Positions 10,076-23,789 of a stretch of 64,000 nt of DNA are shown one piece after another. The position numbers and the translations under genes are program-made. The notes below the pieces were generated by a model. The model was given only the letters and a program-made list of their open reading frames with translations. It was not told where the DNA came from and did not search any database. Positions within the stretch are counted from its first letter, which is position 1, and each line of letters begins with the position of its first letter. Origin of the DNA: Phyllosticta citribraziliensis (Eukaryota); assembly GCF_038025025.1 (NCBI RefSeq), contig NW_027117343.1, forward strand, positions 248,001 through 312,000, written 5' to 3'.

Positions 10076-13000
10076 AAGCTACTGTACGTACGCTCTCGGA
10101 GCCCTGTCCATGTACGACGTTGTAGCTAAAGTCGACTACCTCGTCCACGGCGACGAGAAGGCTTGAGAAGGCATGTACCGGGCGTGTATGTATGTATGTA
10201 TGTATAGCTGTTGTTGCGATTTCACTTTGGCCAGCCGCCATTCATCGTCACAAGACGACATATGTGTATGTTTACGCGTACGGAATTACGCATGCAGACG
10301 CGATCGACCTGGTCCTTCGCAGACGAAGACGCTGGCCACCCAAGCCCAGCCAAGGCAGACGGCATGCAAGCCACGTCGGCCGGGGGGTCAAGTATGTAGA
10401 TATCCTGCGTACATACCTAGGCGAGCGAGGAAAAGAGTGTAACGAGGACATCTTGGACCGACGTCCATGCCGAATCCGACTCCAACGAAGAGCAGTGCTG
10501 TCTCTCCACGCTGCCTTGCCATCCATTTAGATTTCTGACAAAGCGCACGCGCTCGCCCACGGCGGCACTCATTTCATCGCGTCTCTGCTACTGCCGTTGC
10601 CACTGCCACTGCTGCTGCCGCCGCCGCTGCTGGTGTCGTGGTCGTCGTCGTCGTCGTCGTCGACGCGTTTCACAGGTGAGCGAGGATGCCCCCTGCGCGA
10701 GCGGTCAGTCAGGCACTTAGTCAGACAGACAGGCAGGTGAGTCGGCTGGCTGGCCGGCTGGCCGTCTTGTTGGCGCGCAGATACGCAAGCAAGCAGGCTG
10801 ACATGTTAGGGCTGCGTTGCCCGCCAGTCCGCTCGCTCGGTTGTTCGACGATATTTGGGCGACGGTGCGACGCGAGAAAGGGCTTCGCTCGCTCGCCCGC
10901 CACAGACGACGGCCTGGCCCAGCTTCCCTGCCTCCTGCCTGGCTGGGTGCGCAGTGTGTTTCACGGCTGAGGCGACGCGCCTGGAGGGCAGAAACGTGCG
11001 AATATCAAATGGATGATAATGGAAGGGCGGGCGCGCGTTTTGGCTTGATTTGATGCAAAGCAACGCAAAGCACCGCAACGCCCAGCCCGACAGCAACGAG
11101 TGTGCGTGTTGTTGTCGGCCAAACAGCATGCTGCCAATTTGGCTTTTGCATTCACTTTTTGGCGGCGGCGGCAGCGCGGGAAGGATGGATGGGGTGCGTA
11201 AGCAACGCCGCTCTTCGTCTGCCTTGCTCCCTCTGTCCGTCCCTCCTCTATCATCTCAGCAAGACGGAGTAGTTACTGTACCCAGGCCGGGTACCAGCAG
11301 CAGCAGCTTCTTGATGCAGACTCGGGCCTGACATCATGATGGAACCGGCTCTCTGCATGGATGCATCATCCATCAATCAGCCCATGCACCGACGACGGGC
11401 GATGGATGCACACCTGGAGCTAGGGCCAAGCGCAGCGCTGCCGCCATCACGGACCTGTCAGAAACGGTCATTCCAGGCCTGACCCCAGCAGGCAGGCAGC
11501 GCAGGCAGCGCAGCGCGAGAAGAGAGCGGCACAGCAGGGACGCCCCCGCCCGCTTGATGCCCACCCCCCGGCCGTCCGTCCGCCAGCCAAACCGTCGCGG
11601 TAAGAGGATGCGCCCACCCCCCCCGTCGACAGCAAATGTCAACGAGGCAGGATTTTGCCCAAAAAAAGATTAAAGCGCCGCGAAATCAAGGCGCCCTGGC
11701 GTGGTTGAGGAGGCTGTGACGTTTATGCGGCAGCGTTGGAAAATCTTGTCCATTTGCCGAGACGCAGACAGCAGCGGCTTGGGGGATTTTCGCGGTTGGC
11801 GTCGTTGTTGTTGTGGTCTGTCGTCGTCGTCGTCATGTCAAAGTGGATCAATCAAGATGGGTCTGAGGTGAGTCCTTGACCGCTGCAACTGCGGGAAGAG
11901 TCCCAAGGAATCTCGGGAAGCCAGGGAAGGGCCTGAGAAAATCACGAGCTAGGGAGCCCTGACTGAGCTGGCCGGCTCCGTCTGTCTGTCTACAAGGTTC
12001 GTGACACGCCGTGACAGCAGCAACCTTAATTCTGCGTATACTCTTCGTTTTGTCGACGATAATCCCCCCCGGCCTTGTGTCCGCCATTCACCACAGGCGC
12101 GACCGGCAAGTCGCTCGCCCTTTGACTGAAACTGGCTGCGTGTGCTCGTAGCGCGGCCGCCCTCGGTTGGACTTGTTGGCCGAGTGGAGGCCACTTCCGG
12201 AGGGTGCCGTCCAAAAACATGTCGAGTCCGAAAGATTATTGATGGGACGTTGGAATTGGAAAAAAACAAAGCACGCATTTTGCATGAGCAGTCAACCACG
12301 GTCTGCCCGCCAGATAGGAGCAGCGTTCCTGGCCGGCGTGGGCAAACAAGCATGAGGACCCCAAATTCGGCCCCCGTCGACAATGCCTGGACCGTTGGAC
12401 GTGCCTACGGGTAGACATGGGTGGGCCAAGATGCAGACCAGGAACGTCGGCCGGGATGCACGGGTGGAGAGCATCATCAACACACGGTCTGTGATCAACG
12501 TCAACAACGACGACTGGCGGGTGGTGTCTGTCTGTCGGTCGTGAGTGAGCAACGCAACTCGACGCGAAGCCATCAGCCGGCTGACTCGATGTTGCTCGTG
12601 GCGATCGCCATTCCACATGCACCAGCCGCTCCATTCTGCAAGGCCTTGACCGCGGCAAACGGAGAGAGAGAGAGACAAAAGGACAATTTGGAGCTGCACG
12701 TCGCCGCCTCGCGGATGGGGCGAGAAGTTGGAGCATTGTGTGCGACCATGACTCGACGATATGCAGCGATCATCTCCGCGAGGTGCCGGGCGCTTGCTTG
12801 GAGCTTGGCTGCCACCAGCTGGAACAATGATTGCGACTCATCACGTGTCAGCTGCCCGATAGTGTTTGCGGCACCTGAACTCGCGAGTCGACCGCGAAGA
12901 GATGAGAGGCATTGGATGCTCGGCCGGTCTGCGGTGCGGAGCAGAGTGGTGCAGGCGTCGGCTTGCCTGCAGCTGCTGCACCCAGAGGAGAAGGGTGCTC

Positions 13001-15250
13001 CGCATCAACAAAAGTCAGTCAGCTGCGGCGCGGTTGATTCCATGCCTTCTCCACATTGACGCGTGAACGCGCCGCATAGCAGAGCAAAAGGTCTAGACGT
13101 CCGAGGCCGAGCGGCCAATCATGGCCAAGGCCGGGCGAGTGAGGAGAAGGCTTTATCACGCGTCAAACTGTGAGAGCAAGTCGACGTCCATCATGACCTG
13201 ATTGATCATCACCGGAGCGGGCGAGGCACCCACAACGAACAAGCCGCGCTGCGGTCTGAGGACCTGACGCTGCGCTGCGGGCGCACTGGCGTATTCTCGA
13301 GACCAAGTTTCGAGGCTCGTATCCGTGCCGGTTTTGGCCCGAGGGACGGTTTCGTCAGAAGACAAAGTCAACAGTGATTGAACGACTGCCGCACCGTGCC
13401 GCAGGTTGCAATTAGAAGCGAGTCGAGTCGAGTCGTCGAGTGTTTTGGCAAAGCAAAAGAAATAAACATGAGACGCAAAGGACTGCTGCGTCAGCGAGGG
13501 CCGTGTGAGGTGTTGGAACAGGCGACGGTGGCAAGGCGGAAGAAGTTTGTTCAGAGCTTGTTCTGTGTCGAGGCAATTGAGGCGACGCGACGACGTCGGG
13601 GAGCATTCGGGACGACCAGACCGATGCATCCGCATGGCCGACGCTGGCGCATTCCAGCCCAACAACAACAAGTGTAACCCATGGGATCCTCACGCGCTCC
13701 AGTCGGTTCGGGCTCCGATTCAGCGACGTGACGACTACGATTCAGCAGGCGCATGGACAGGCTGCGCTAGCTAGCCAGCCGTGCCAAGGCGAGGGCTGGA
13801 TTAATTCGTTGATATTTTTCGCCGTGATAATTCGCGGTTGACAGGTGCGCCAGGCCGGAAAAAGAAGGCGAGCAAAACAGCGACGGTAGGGAAGGAAGGG
13901 TAGGGAGCGAGAATTGGCAGCGCACGTCAGTCCTTACGTACGCAGAACCAGAGGCGCCGATCGGTAGTCGAGGCGCCCGGGCGGGCAAAGAAACGTCTTT
14001 TGGCGGCGGCGGCGGCGGCGGCGGCGGCGGGAGTGGATAGGCCATCCGGCCGCGGAGCGCCATGGCATAGCCAGCCAGCCAGCCATAGTTGAGTCGTGGC
14101 CGTTGTGCCGCGCCATGTCCAACGGCGGGCCTATCAAGGGCGACATGGTCTGGTGTTTGTGTTGGTTGTAGAGGTGTGGCTGGTTTGGAGGGCGCGTCGA
14201 CAGGCGGGATCCATGGCCATGTCTGCGAAACAGCTGCTCTGTGCGCGTCGATTGCTGAGGGATCGGACGGGGACGGGGACGGGGACGGGGACGGGGACGG
14301 GGCAGGAGGGCGAGATGTCAGATCTGGCGCGGCAGGTGACGGGGCGTGGCCAGCACCAGTGATGGGTGGATGGGGTGGAGGGAGAGCGGCGACAAGGAAT
14401 GGGAGAGGGGGGGGAGGGGTGGTCCAGGGTGGTGAGGAGCAGGGGGACGGGGGTGGAGGAAAGGGAACGAGTCAGGGGATGTTGGAGGAGAAGGAGCAGG
14501 AGCAGGAGCAGCGATGAAGAACAGTAACTACATACAAACTATGGACAGTCGTCGCAGTCCACAGACCCATCGGGCATACCCTCCGTGGGCGCATATCGCA
14601 TGTCCATGGGGCGCTCGTGGCTGAGGGCGGCGGGCTTAGGGTGTTTTGAGTTTATTTCAGTGCGGGCTCCACCCGGACTCGACTGCCGCTCCAGCCAGTC
14701 GCACGCGCAGGGCAGGGCCGTTGGTAGCCTGTAGCCTGCCCGCCCGGCGCCCGCCCACTCGACCTGACTGCCACTGCCACCTGTGGGAGAACTGACTCCA
14801 GGTAATAATAACCAGATGGGCTCCGGGGTATAAGGAAGAGCCGGCGCCTGTGGCGGTCCCCTCTGGTAAGTGCCTCCCTGCTGCAATCCTCAATCAATCG
14901 CCCTCCGCCTCGGCCTCGGACGCGCCCGGCCACCAAAGCCCTGCTCCCGCCTTCGCCGTCAAGGTTTCGACCTCTTGCTGCTGCTCGTCCACGCCAACCT
15001 GGACCCCATCGCCTCGCCTCACTTCGCTCCGCCAGAACTGCTGCTCCTGTTTCGTCGCGTCGCCTTGCCTTGGTCGCATCGCACCGCATCGCAGCGCATC
15101 CATCCCCTCGCTCCTCGTCGCGTCGCCTTCTGCTGCTCTGCTCTGCTCTGCTCTGCTCTGCTTGCTCCCTCTGCGCGCACCGTAGTCGCGGGCGAGTCAT
15201 CTCATCCCGCATCCTGACCCGGCGCCCGCGTGCTCCCCTCCCCAGGCTAC

Positions 15251-18200
15251 ATGGTAGGCCCCTTCTTCTCCTCTCTCACACCCCCCCTACCCGCTGTACC
15301 TTGTCTAGCAGCTTGATCCATGCGTGCTGCCGCCGGCGTCTCGTCTGCGCCCGGCCCACGACGCGTTTCACCTAGCTTGCTTGCTTGCTTGCGCGCGCGC
15401 TGTACACCTCACCTGCCCGACTGTTCTTTTCTTAAGCGGCCGCTGCCTGTCCTGTCGCGCCCCCGCCGTCGTGATCCTCGGACCCTGTCTTTGAACGCGA
15501 CGAGGGAACGACGGAAAAAAAAAAAAAAAAAAATCCATTTCCCTTGACATAATCCTCGTCGGGCCCCGGCATCGTCTTTGACATTTCTCTCTCGCTGCTC
15601 TTGCTTGCCTCGTCCCTCCCAGCATCGGGAGCGCGAGGGAAGGAAAAAAAAAAGAAGCGTCTGGGTCCCGCCCGCGTCGCCCTCGACCACCTCATCACAA
15701 CCTATTTTTTGTTTTCTTTTTTCTATTTTCTCCTGGGCCTCGGGGTGCCTTGTTTCACTCTCGGTTCTCCCATTTCCTTCTGGCAGCAGGGGTCGGTCGG
15801 TCCTCGTCCATCCTTTTGACCAGCCACACCGACTCTCACGTCGTGCACCTCTGGCTAACGCTCGCGCGCCTTCCAGCATCATCCCCACCCCGCTCAGCAG
15901 GGCCTGCCAGCGCCGCAACCTCATCCGCGACCGGGTGTGCTCCAACAACACCAACAGCATCATCCCAATTCGCCCCAGCAGCCCCAGCATCCTGCCCAGC
16001 ACCCAACCACCCAAGGCCCCTACGCCTCGCCGCACCCTCCGACGCCCCACGGTCTCCCCTCGCAGCAACAGCACCAGTCCCCCTACGTCAGCAACGTTCA
16101 AGTCCCTCCCGGCCAGCACCCGCAGGAAGTCCCGTACTACGCGTCGGCTCACCCAAGCCCATATAGCACCAACAGCACTTCTGGGAGTTACACGTCGTCA
16201 GGTGCGTCTTGCCACCGTCTGTCCATCCCTTCTTCTTTCCCTTCGTCGCGCCGTCGCTCATGCGAACCTACGCGCTGCAACGCGCGCGCCGCTCCTGCTG
16301 CTGTGATCGCCACAGGGAAGCTGTGTGTTGTGACTGACGCGTCTCTAGAAGCTTCAGACCTCTCCATGGCCACCGCAACCATGAACAGGCAGTTTCCGCC
16401 CATTTACCACACGCCGCAGTCGAATTCGCCAGCGTCGATCCAGTCGCCGCAGCACGACCAACATGGCCGACCCATCTACGGACAGTCGGCCGCCCAGGTC
16501 CCCCAAAACATGTATTACCCGCCATACCAAATGACCCAGCAGTCGCCCTACGCCCACCAGCAGACGGCACCAATGGCTCCCAACATGCCGTTGATGTCGA
16601 ACCAGCAGACGCAGCCGGCCATGCACCACCCGCCGGCCCACCCTCACACGCCCGGCCTGCCGGGCAGTCCACGGACCAAGCTCAATCAGACGCCTCTGCA
16701 GAGGCCCCCATCAGGACTCGGACACCCGCAAGGGACGCCGACGGCCCCTCCAGGCAGCGCTGGTAGCATGCACTCGGGTGCTCCGCCAAACCCCAACGCC
16801 AACCCGAGCGCCGCTCCCGGCCCGATTCCTGCCACGACACCACTGGTCGTGCGCCAAGACTCCAACGGCGTCCAGTGGATCGCATTCGAGTACTCGAGAG
16901 ACCGCGTCAAGATGGAATACACGATTCGCTGCGACGTCGAGTCGGTCAACGTCGACGAGCTGCCCTCGGACTTCAAGTCCGAAAACTGCGTCTACCCGCG
17001 CGCCTGCTGCGCAAAGGACCAGTACAAGGGCAACCGCCTCCACTACGAGACCGAATGCAACACGGTCGGTTGGGCGCTCGCGCAGCTGAACCCGTGCCTG
17101 CGCGGCAAGCGTGGACTCATCCAGCGCGCTGTCGACAGCTGGAGGAACAGCAACCAAGACCCGCGTCTGCGCAGCAGGAGGGTACGACGGATGGCGAAAA
17201 TCACCAACAGGAAAGCAGTCCAGCAGACGCAGCCTGGTACCCACTTGGCAGGACCCGGTGCGCCAGGCGCCGCAGGTATTCCTAACGCTGCAGCTGCTGG
17301 GATTGCTGGGGCTCCAGGTTCCAGGCCATCGAACATGGGAATGGGCGGCGGCGGCGGTGCGCAGCTGCACCACCATCATGAACACCCGGGCGGTGCGCCG
17401 GGCGGGGACGATGTTAGCGGTATGTTCCAACAGATGTGACGCGCGACTTGAGATTGCGCTTTTTTTGAAACGGATTTGCAATGATAATCATGTCCTGTCG
17501 TTCTGTATCGCACTTGTATTGCATGTACATTATTACTCCTTTTGATGTAACTTTCCCCCCGCACTGCACCGTCGTTTGTACCCGTCTGTACCCATCTCGT
17601 CATGCACGACATGTACCCTGGCGCAGATCGCGATCGTCAGACAAGGTAACGATAGCTAATTTCTCGTTTTGGTGTAGCCGCGAATGACTACAATGAGGGA
17701 TCCCACACCCATCACCACCAAGCCCCGAACGGCCAGACCGGCGCTCCCGCTGGCGACGTCCGCCAGGCCAACAACTTTTACCCTACCTACCCCCCCAACC
17801 CTGCGGCTGGAAATCCAAACATCCCGCCGCTGGAGCAGACCATGGCCCCGGTTCCGCCTCCACCATCCCACGCCGCCTCGACCAACAAGGCGCAAGAGGA
17901 CGAGGAGCGCAACCTCGAGCTCTTTGGCGACCTTCCCGAGGCCAAGCGCCGCAAGTTCATCCTCGTCGACGACGCCCAAAGGGGAACCCGCGTCCGCGTC
18001 CGCGTCATGCTGGACCAGGTCAACATGGAAGAGATGCCAGATTCGTACCGCAAGAGCAACTCGGTATACCCCCGCTCCTACTTCCCGACCCAGATGCAAT
18101 CGCCTCCCGCATCTCCGCGTGGCACTCGTTTCTTCGATGACCCCGAGCCCGAGGAAAAGGACGACGGCACCAGTGGCCCCATCCCCGTCACTGGACGTAC

Positions 18201-18553
18201 CTTGGTCCCTGTGCCGATGCTCGACGGTTCCGAAGCCAAAGTTCCTCGCCCACGCATGACGCGGGCCAAGAGGCACAAAGAAGTCACTCTCAACGACCTG
18301 GGCTACCGCATGACCTGGAGCCAGAGCAGAGTGTTTGCAGGACGCACGCTATTCCTGCAGAGATCTCGTAAGTCACCCTCAATTTAAACAAACGAGGACA
18401 AATCTAACGCTAGTAGTCGATGCCTACCGCAACAAGATGCGTAGCACAATGGTCGCTGCAGGTCAAGACGTTGCGCCGCATTTCGAGACGCGCGTGGGCA
18501 AGAGGCGCTGGCTCGAGAGGAGCAAGCGATCCAAGCGCGATGCCTCGCCTTAA
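15251..18553 (+). CDS. Conserved fungal uncharacterised protein (~741 aa), Q/P/H-rich, with two diverged copies of one globular domain; probable regulator
   Basis: Predicted exons 15251-15253 (ATG only), 15877-16201, 16349-17419, 17678-18367 and 18417-18553. Donors are GTAGGC/GTGCGT/GTATGT/GTAAGT and branch sites GCTAAC/CTGAC/GCTAAT/CTAAC. Phases join into one 2226-nt frame. The conserved block is PATTPLVVRQDSNGVQWIAFEYSRDRVKMEYTIRCDVE. Confidence 0.8.
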
Positions 18554-20008
18554 AAAAGCACACATCCAACTGTCAGCCTGCCTGGTGGCTTATCTCGTGG
18601 ATCTTCGAACGAGGGCCTCTTTGCACGACTCGAGCATCGACCCTGGTCTGACACGGCAGAGCTTCCTAATTAGGCCCCTGCATCCTGTCTCTCCCATCAA
18701 CGATTACGCGAATGCGGCCCGGGAATATTAGGATCCCCTTCCCTACAGAGCATCATGTACCCACCCCTCTACACACGGCAGGGATGGGGATTCGTCTGTC
18801 CTGTGCAGTCCGATGTGTGTAACATTGGATTACTGCAATCGTCAACGCACACACATATTCCTGCGTCTCAAGGCACATGGCCGCGTCGACTGGGTCTCGC
18901 CTCTGCTTGCTCATCCATGGCCCCTACCTCGTTTCCACCCTCCGGCACGGCTTCCCTGGCCTGTATCATCCCTGGACGCGGACTTCCTCTTTCATCTGGA
19001 CGCAGTCCACCGGGATACATGCATGCATGGCTGGCAGATCTCAGCTGCTTTTTTCCCCATCCATCGAGTGCTCCGCCACTTTTGCACACCCACCAGCATC
19101 AATGCCCCCTCCCTCCCCTTTATTGTATTGATTCCAACCGCCGCTGTTCGTATTATGCTGACTGATTGCTTTCCGTGCGTCGTGCCCAGCGTGGCGGGGT
19201 TTCATCGTCATTTTGCTGTTTTGCTCGAAAGAAGACGATGGGCTTTGTTGCGGTTTTTTCTTTGCTTCCCTTACAACAAGATACGATTCCCCTGTAAACT
19301 TGAACATGCCTCGCACCTGCTTTTCACTTTTTCCCTTTTCTTTTCTTTCCTCGGGGCGGTGGACTCGGTCTGGCTTGGCGTACTCTGCTGCGTCGATTTT
19401 ACGCGGACGATACGTTACTGGCGAATGGCTTGTCCATCGTCTTCGTCGTCGTCTTCGTCGGCTGCCCTTTGATGGGCTTCTGGCTCGAGGTCTTCGCCCC
19501 CCTTTTTTCCCCTGTTTCATTTTTTGCTTTGCTTTGCTTTGCTTTGCTTTGCCCTGCGCTGCGCCGCTCTGCTTACGAAAGACTGCACTGATTCTGTTTC
19601 CCTCCCCCTTACAACACAAGAACTCACGCAAACTCCAACGTCCCCTTCCCCCTGCCCTGCCCTTGCCCCTGCATTTGTTCTCGTTTTCTTTGCTCTGCTC
19701 TCGTTTTCTGCTCTTCTCGCCCCTCTCTGTATGCCCTGTTATGACGGAAATGGAATGGAAACAAGTATAAAATGCGCGTCCCGCGGTATGATGATGATGT
19801 TGATGGCAAAAAAGAGGAGATGATGGGTGGGATGGATGGGATGGATTGGGATGGCTAGCGCTGCTGCTTTTTTGCTTGCTGTCTTTGCTGTTGGTTGACG
19901 ATGGTGGGTGGGGTATGGAAATGAATGGGTCGGCGGTGGGTGCGTCGGTGGGTGGCTCAATTGCTTCTGCTCCTTGTTTCTCCTGTCGCTTTTGCCGTTT
20001 TGATTGGC

Positions 20009-20039
<31 letters not shown>

Positions 20040-20688
20040 CCCCTCCAGTTGTTATACTACTACACTGCTACATTATCACCTTGCTGCGTCGTTTGCTAGG
20101 GAAGGTAGTCTGAATATCAACCTGTCGTTTCTCTCCCCCTCTCTCCTGTCCCTCTCTGGCTCGTTGATGCGTCGTGATGGACGCGCCTGTATTCAAATAC
20201 CAAATGCCACGCCCGCAAACCTGCCTACATACCTGGTACCCCTCACGCTCCATGCTCGACGACGCGCTGTCGAACTCGTCTGTGGCGTCTCTCGTGCCCA
20301 CTTACCCACCAATGTACCTACCTACCTACCTACCCCTTGGCTGGAATAGACACGACACACACACACCGCCACCGGTAGTATAGCGGCGTCTGCCCTCTGT
20401 TGGCACTGTGCCGTGCGTGCGTGCCGTTCCTCTATGACTGATTCGGACTATCCTGCCCTTCCTGAGCGCTTTGCTCGTCGCCGTACGTTTGATTGGCGGC
20501 ATGTCGTGCTGCTGTGTATGCTAGACTCGTTCACGACGGCACCGCTCTTTTCTCTTTTCTTTTCTTTTCTTTTCTTTTCTTTTCCTATTCTGTTCATTCT
20601 CTTTTTGATGTGTTTATTTGCCACGTTTTGTCGTCTTAGCTCGTATGGTACTGCATGTCGTCTACGTGTATGAACGACGCGAGTAGGC

Positions 20689-20717
20689 GGGGGGGGGGGG
20701 GGGGGGGGGGGGGGGGG
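20689..20717 (+). repeat. Poly-G tract (29 nt)
   Basis: Uninterrupted G run. Confidence 0.9.
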
Positions 20718-23700
20718 TGGGGGAGAGGGAGCACGCGCAAGCAAGCAAGCAAGCAAGCAACTCACAGCACAGCATTCCACGGCCAAGGAAAGAGCAGGAG
20801 AGCGCGGATTCAGCACCGGAGACTTGCGATTCGATGAGACCAGACCAGACCGGACAAGAAAGAAACGCTCTTGGCGGCTGAAGTCCCCTCGTGCCATCTG
20901 GTCTCCCGCTATACCACGCACGGCCGACGTGCTGCGGGGACCTGATTCAGGGTCCAGCTCTAATGTGCTGTGCTAAGCTTGCTAAGCTTGCTATGCTTGC
21001 TATGCTTGCTATGTATAGGCGGGCGGGAGGGCAGGGAGAGATCGATCGGGGAGAAGGGTTGGAGATGGGATTGGTTGGTTGGAATAATTAGTAAGGTGCA
21101 TGGATGGATGGATGGATGGTTGGATGGTTGTTGGCGCAGAGTTCAGAGCGCAGGAGTACGTGAGTGTACTTGAGGGAAGGTCGCAGTACCTGATGTACTT
21201 CATTCATGTTTTCTACTTGTGTGGTCGAGGTGGAGAAGTTGATGGTGTGGAGAGGATGGGAGAGGGAAAGGATGGAATGTGCTACGACGGCAATGCGATT
21301 GTCTTCGTGATGGAGCCACATTGAGCGGAGATGAAGCAAAGCAGAGCAAAGCATAAAACCAGGAAGGTCACAATGTCACTCCGCGGAGGCGGCAATGCCG
21401 AGCGATCCACCATCATCTCGCCTCCAATCAATCTCATCACATCCGCATCAACAACAAACACGCGCTCGCTCGCGTCGTCGACTCCACAGCAATCACCGGG
21501 CTCGCTCGCCTGGAGACATGATGCGCTCTCCACAATCATCATTCATCAGCTGCCCTGTCAGTCAGTCAGTCAGTCAATTGCCGGTCCGTTCGTCTCCACC
21601 TCATCAAAGACTCTCAGCGACGTAGACGAGAAGGATGCCGTGGCCGTCAACCCCACAAAACACGCCGGCCCGGGCACAGCATTGCCCCATCCATCTGACC
21701 GGTTGCGGGGAAGGAACGGCGGACGGGATGCCATGAGGGGCGGGCGGGCGTGTGGATGTTGCTTCGCGCCGGCCGAGGGAAGACCACACGACCCGGACGC
21801 GTCGAGGGCGGCGTCACGTCATTTGTTGTTGATGCGACTGGTGTTGTTGACGACGGCGGGGCGGAGAGGAGAGCGCGCGCACGCACGGGTCTGGGGGTGG
21901 ACGGGTGCGTTTTGTGCGCGTGTCGAGTGTCGAGTCGTCGGCCGACCACTCACCAGCGAACGAGACGACGAAACTTTTGCTGCCCTCGGCAGTGGTGGTG
22001 GCCTCGCCTGGTCTGTTCTGTTCGACTGATGTGATGATGGAGTGGAGGGAGGTGGAGGGAACAAAGCGATGGACCCAACCTGACCCACCGTGATTATGTA
22101 CGCCGCGCACAATCGGCACGGCAACGACGCGCTGCCATCCTGCCGCTCGCTCCTACAGGCGACAAGTCGCTGCACTCACCTCGGCAACGGATGCGATGAC
22201 AGCGACAACATCGAGGTTGCTGCTCGTTGGCAGTCAGAGCTGTCAGCAGTCAGCAGAAAGCGACGTCGCGTGCAGGCCCTGCTCCAACAGCGCTCGGTCG
22301 CCTCATCATTCGGTCGATCTCTCGGCGCCCGCCCACTTGTGTGTGGAGTGGGTGGAGCAGCGCAGGGCAACAGAGAAAGCGACAGCGGTGCTGATGGTGG
22401 GAGCGCCGTGTCGCTCGTGCTCGTAACCATGTACACGGCCATCGGCCCGGGCGCAAGGCTGGTTTGGGTTGCGAGGTGCGAGTTGCGAGCGAGCGAGCGA
22501 GCGAGCCTGCCTCTGGCCAAACTAAGTGCTGAGCTGAACGACCTCAAATCCCGGCGCATTCCGTAATGACGGATTCATTCTTTTTCTGCGCCCGTAGTAT
22601 CGTCAGCTAAAAGACATCAGCCCTGCGACGACCGCGGCATGTTCGGCATGGATGCGGGCGTGGCTTGCGAGTGATGGTTTCTTTGACAGCGGGAGGGCGA
22701 CAGCCAGACACTAGACAGGCGTGGCTCGGTCGGGAGCGGGAGCGGGCGGGGGGATGGCATGGGGAGAGAGAGTGTGGAGAGAGCTTGGGCGGGCTTGACG
22801 GAGCTTGAGCCCTTGCGCTGGCTGGCTGGCTGGCTGGCGGTCGGGTCGGGGCGCTCGCTCGCTCGCTTGGTCGCTTGCTTGGGCTTTGTGGTGCATGTTG
22901 TTTCCGTTCTTCAAGGGATGTTTGTTGTTTGGTCGGTGGGGGTCTTGCTTGTCAGGGCCTGGAGACGCGAGGGATGGCCTTGAGACTAAAACACCACACC
23001 AACGTCCAAGTGCTGCATATCCAGCCTCGATGACTTTTGCATCATGTCGTACCGTACTCCTGCACTGGCCAGCCCCTTCTGCAGGGCTCGTTCGGTCATA
23101 TATCACCAGCTTACGTAGGCTGGTGGAGTAGTCGGCCATGGGCATTGCGCGGCCTGAGAGAACTCGTAGATATAAAGCCCGACAGCCTGCGGTGCTGGCA
23201 CTTTTGGCCTCGTCATGTCGAATGAGAAGCCCGACTGCTGCAAACGACGACCCGACATGTTTGATGAAACGACAAGACGCGAGGTCCAACGACGGCCGCA
23301 TCATGCGTCGCCGTTTATGTTTCCCAAGCCGACACGAAACGATTGTTGGCGGTGACGTCGGCGTGCCAGCAGAGAAGCCTGGCGGAATACGACCTGACTG
23401 GAGGTTGAATATGGACATTCAAGAGCGAGGGTTTCTATTTCAGTGGACGAGTTGCCGGGGCAAGGCTGTGGCTGTGGCCGGGGCGGCTGGTGTCGACTTG
23501 GGTCTGCTCCTCCATGACCATGTCTGGCAGAGGTAGGGCGGCAGCCTTCAGGTCACCTCTCCACCACCTCCTCCACCTCCACCACCACCAACAAGCCTGC
23601 CAGCCAGGCCAATTCCATCACTCTTCAGCTCCTCTTCTCCTCTACGCTCTGTCGCATCGCCCTCGTTTCTGCATCTTCTGCACCCGCTCGTTGTGCTCCA

Positions 23701-23789
23701 CTCCACATTCCGCTTGCCTTGCGTCCCGCGCCGTGACACTGGACCCCGGCTTTGGCGGCCAAGAAGGCAGCCCGCACTGAAACTAAATC

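Noticed and set aside
10100..15200. Numerous overlapping ORFs upstream of the two-domain gene
   Set aside because: GC-rich simple-repeat DNA with R/A/S-biased translations and no recognisable domain; treated as regulatory or intergenic.
18600..23700. ORFs of 150-235 aa between the two-domain gene and GH17
   Set aside because: Dominated by SSRs and pyrimidine tracts, consistent with a long UTR and intergenic DNA.
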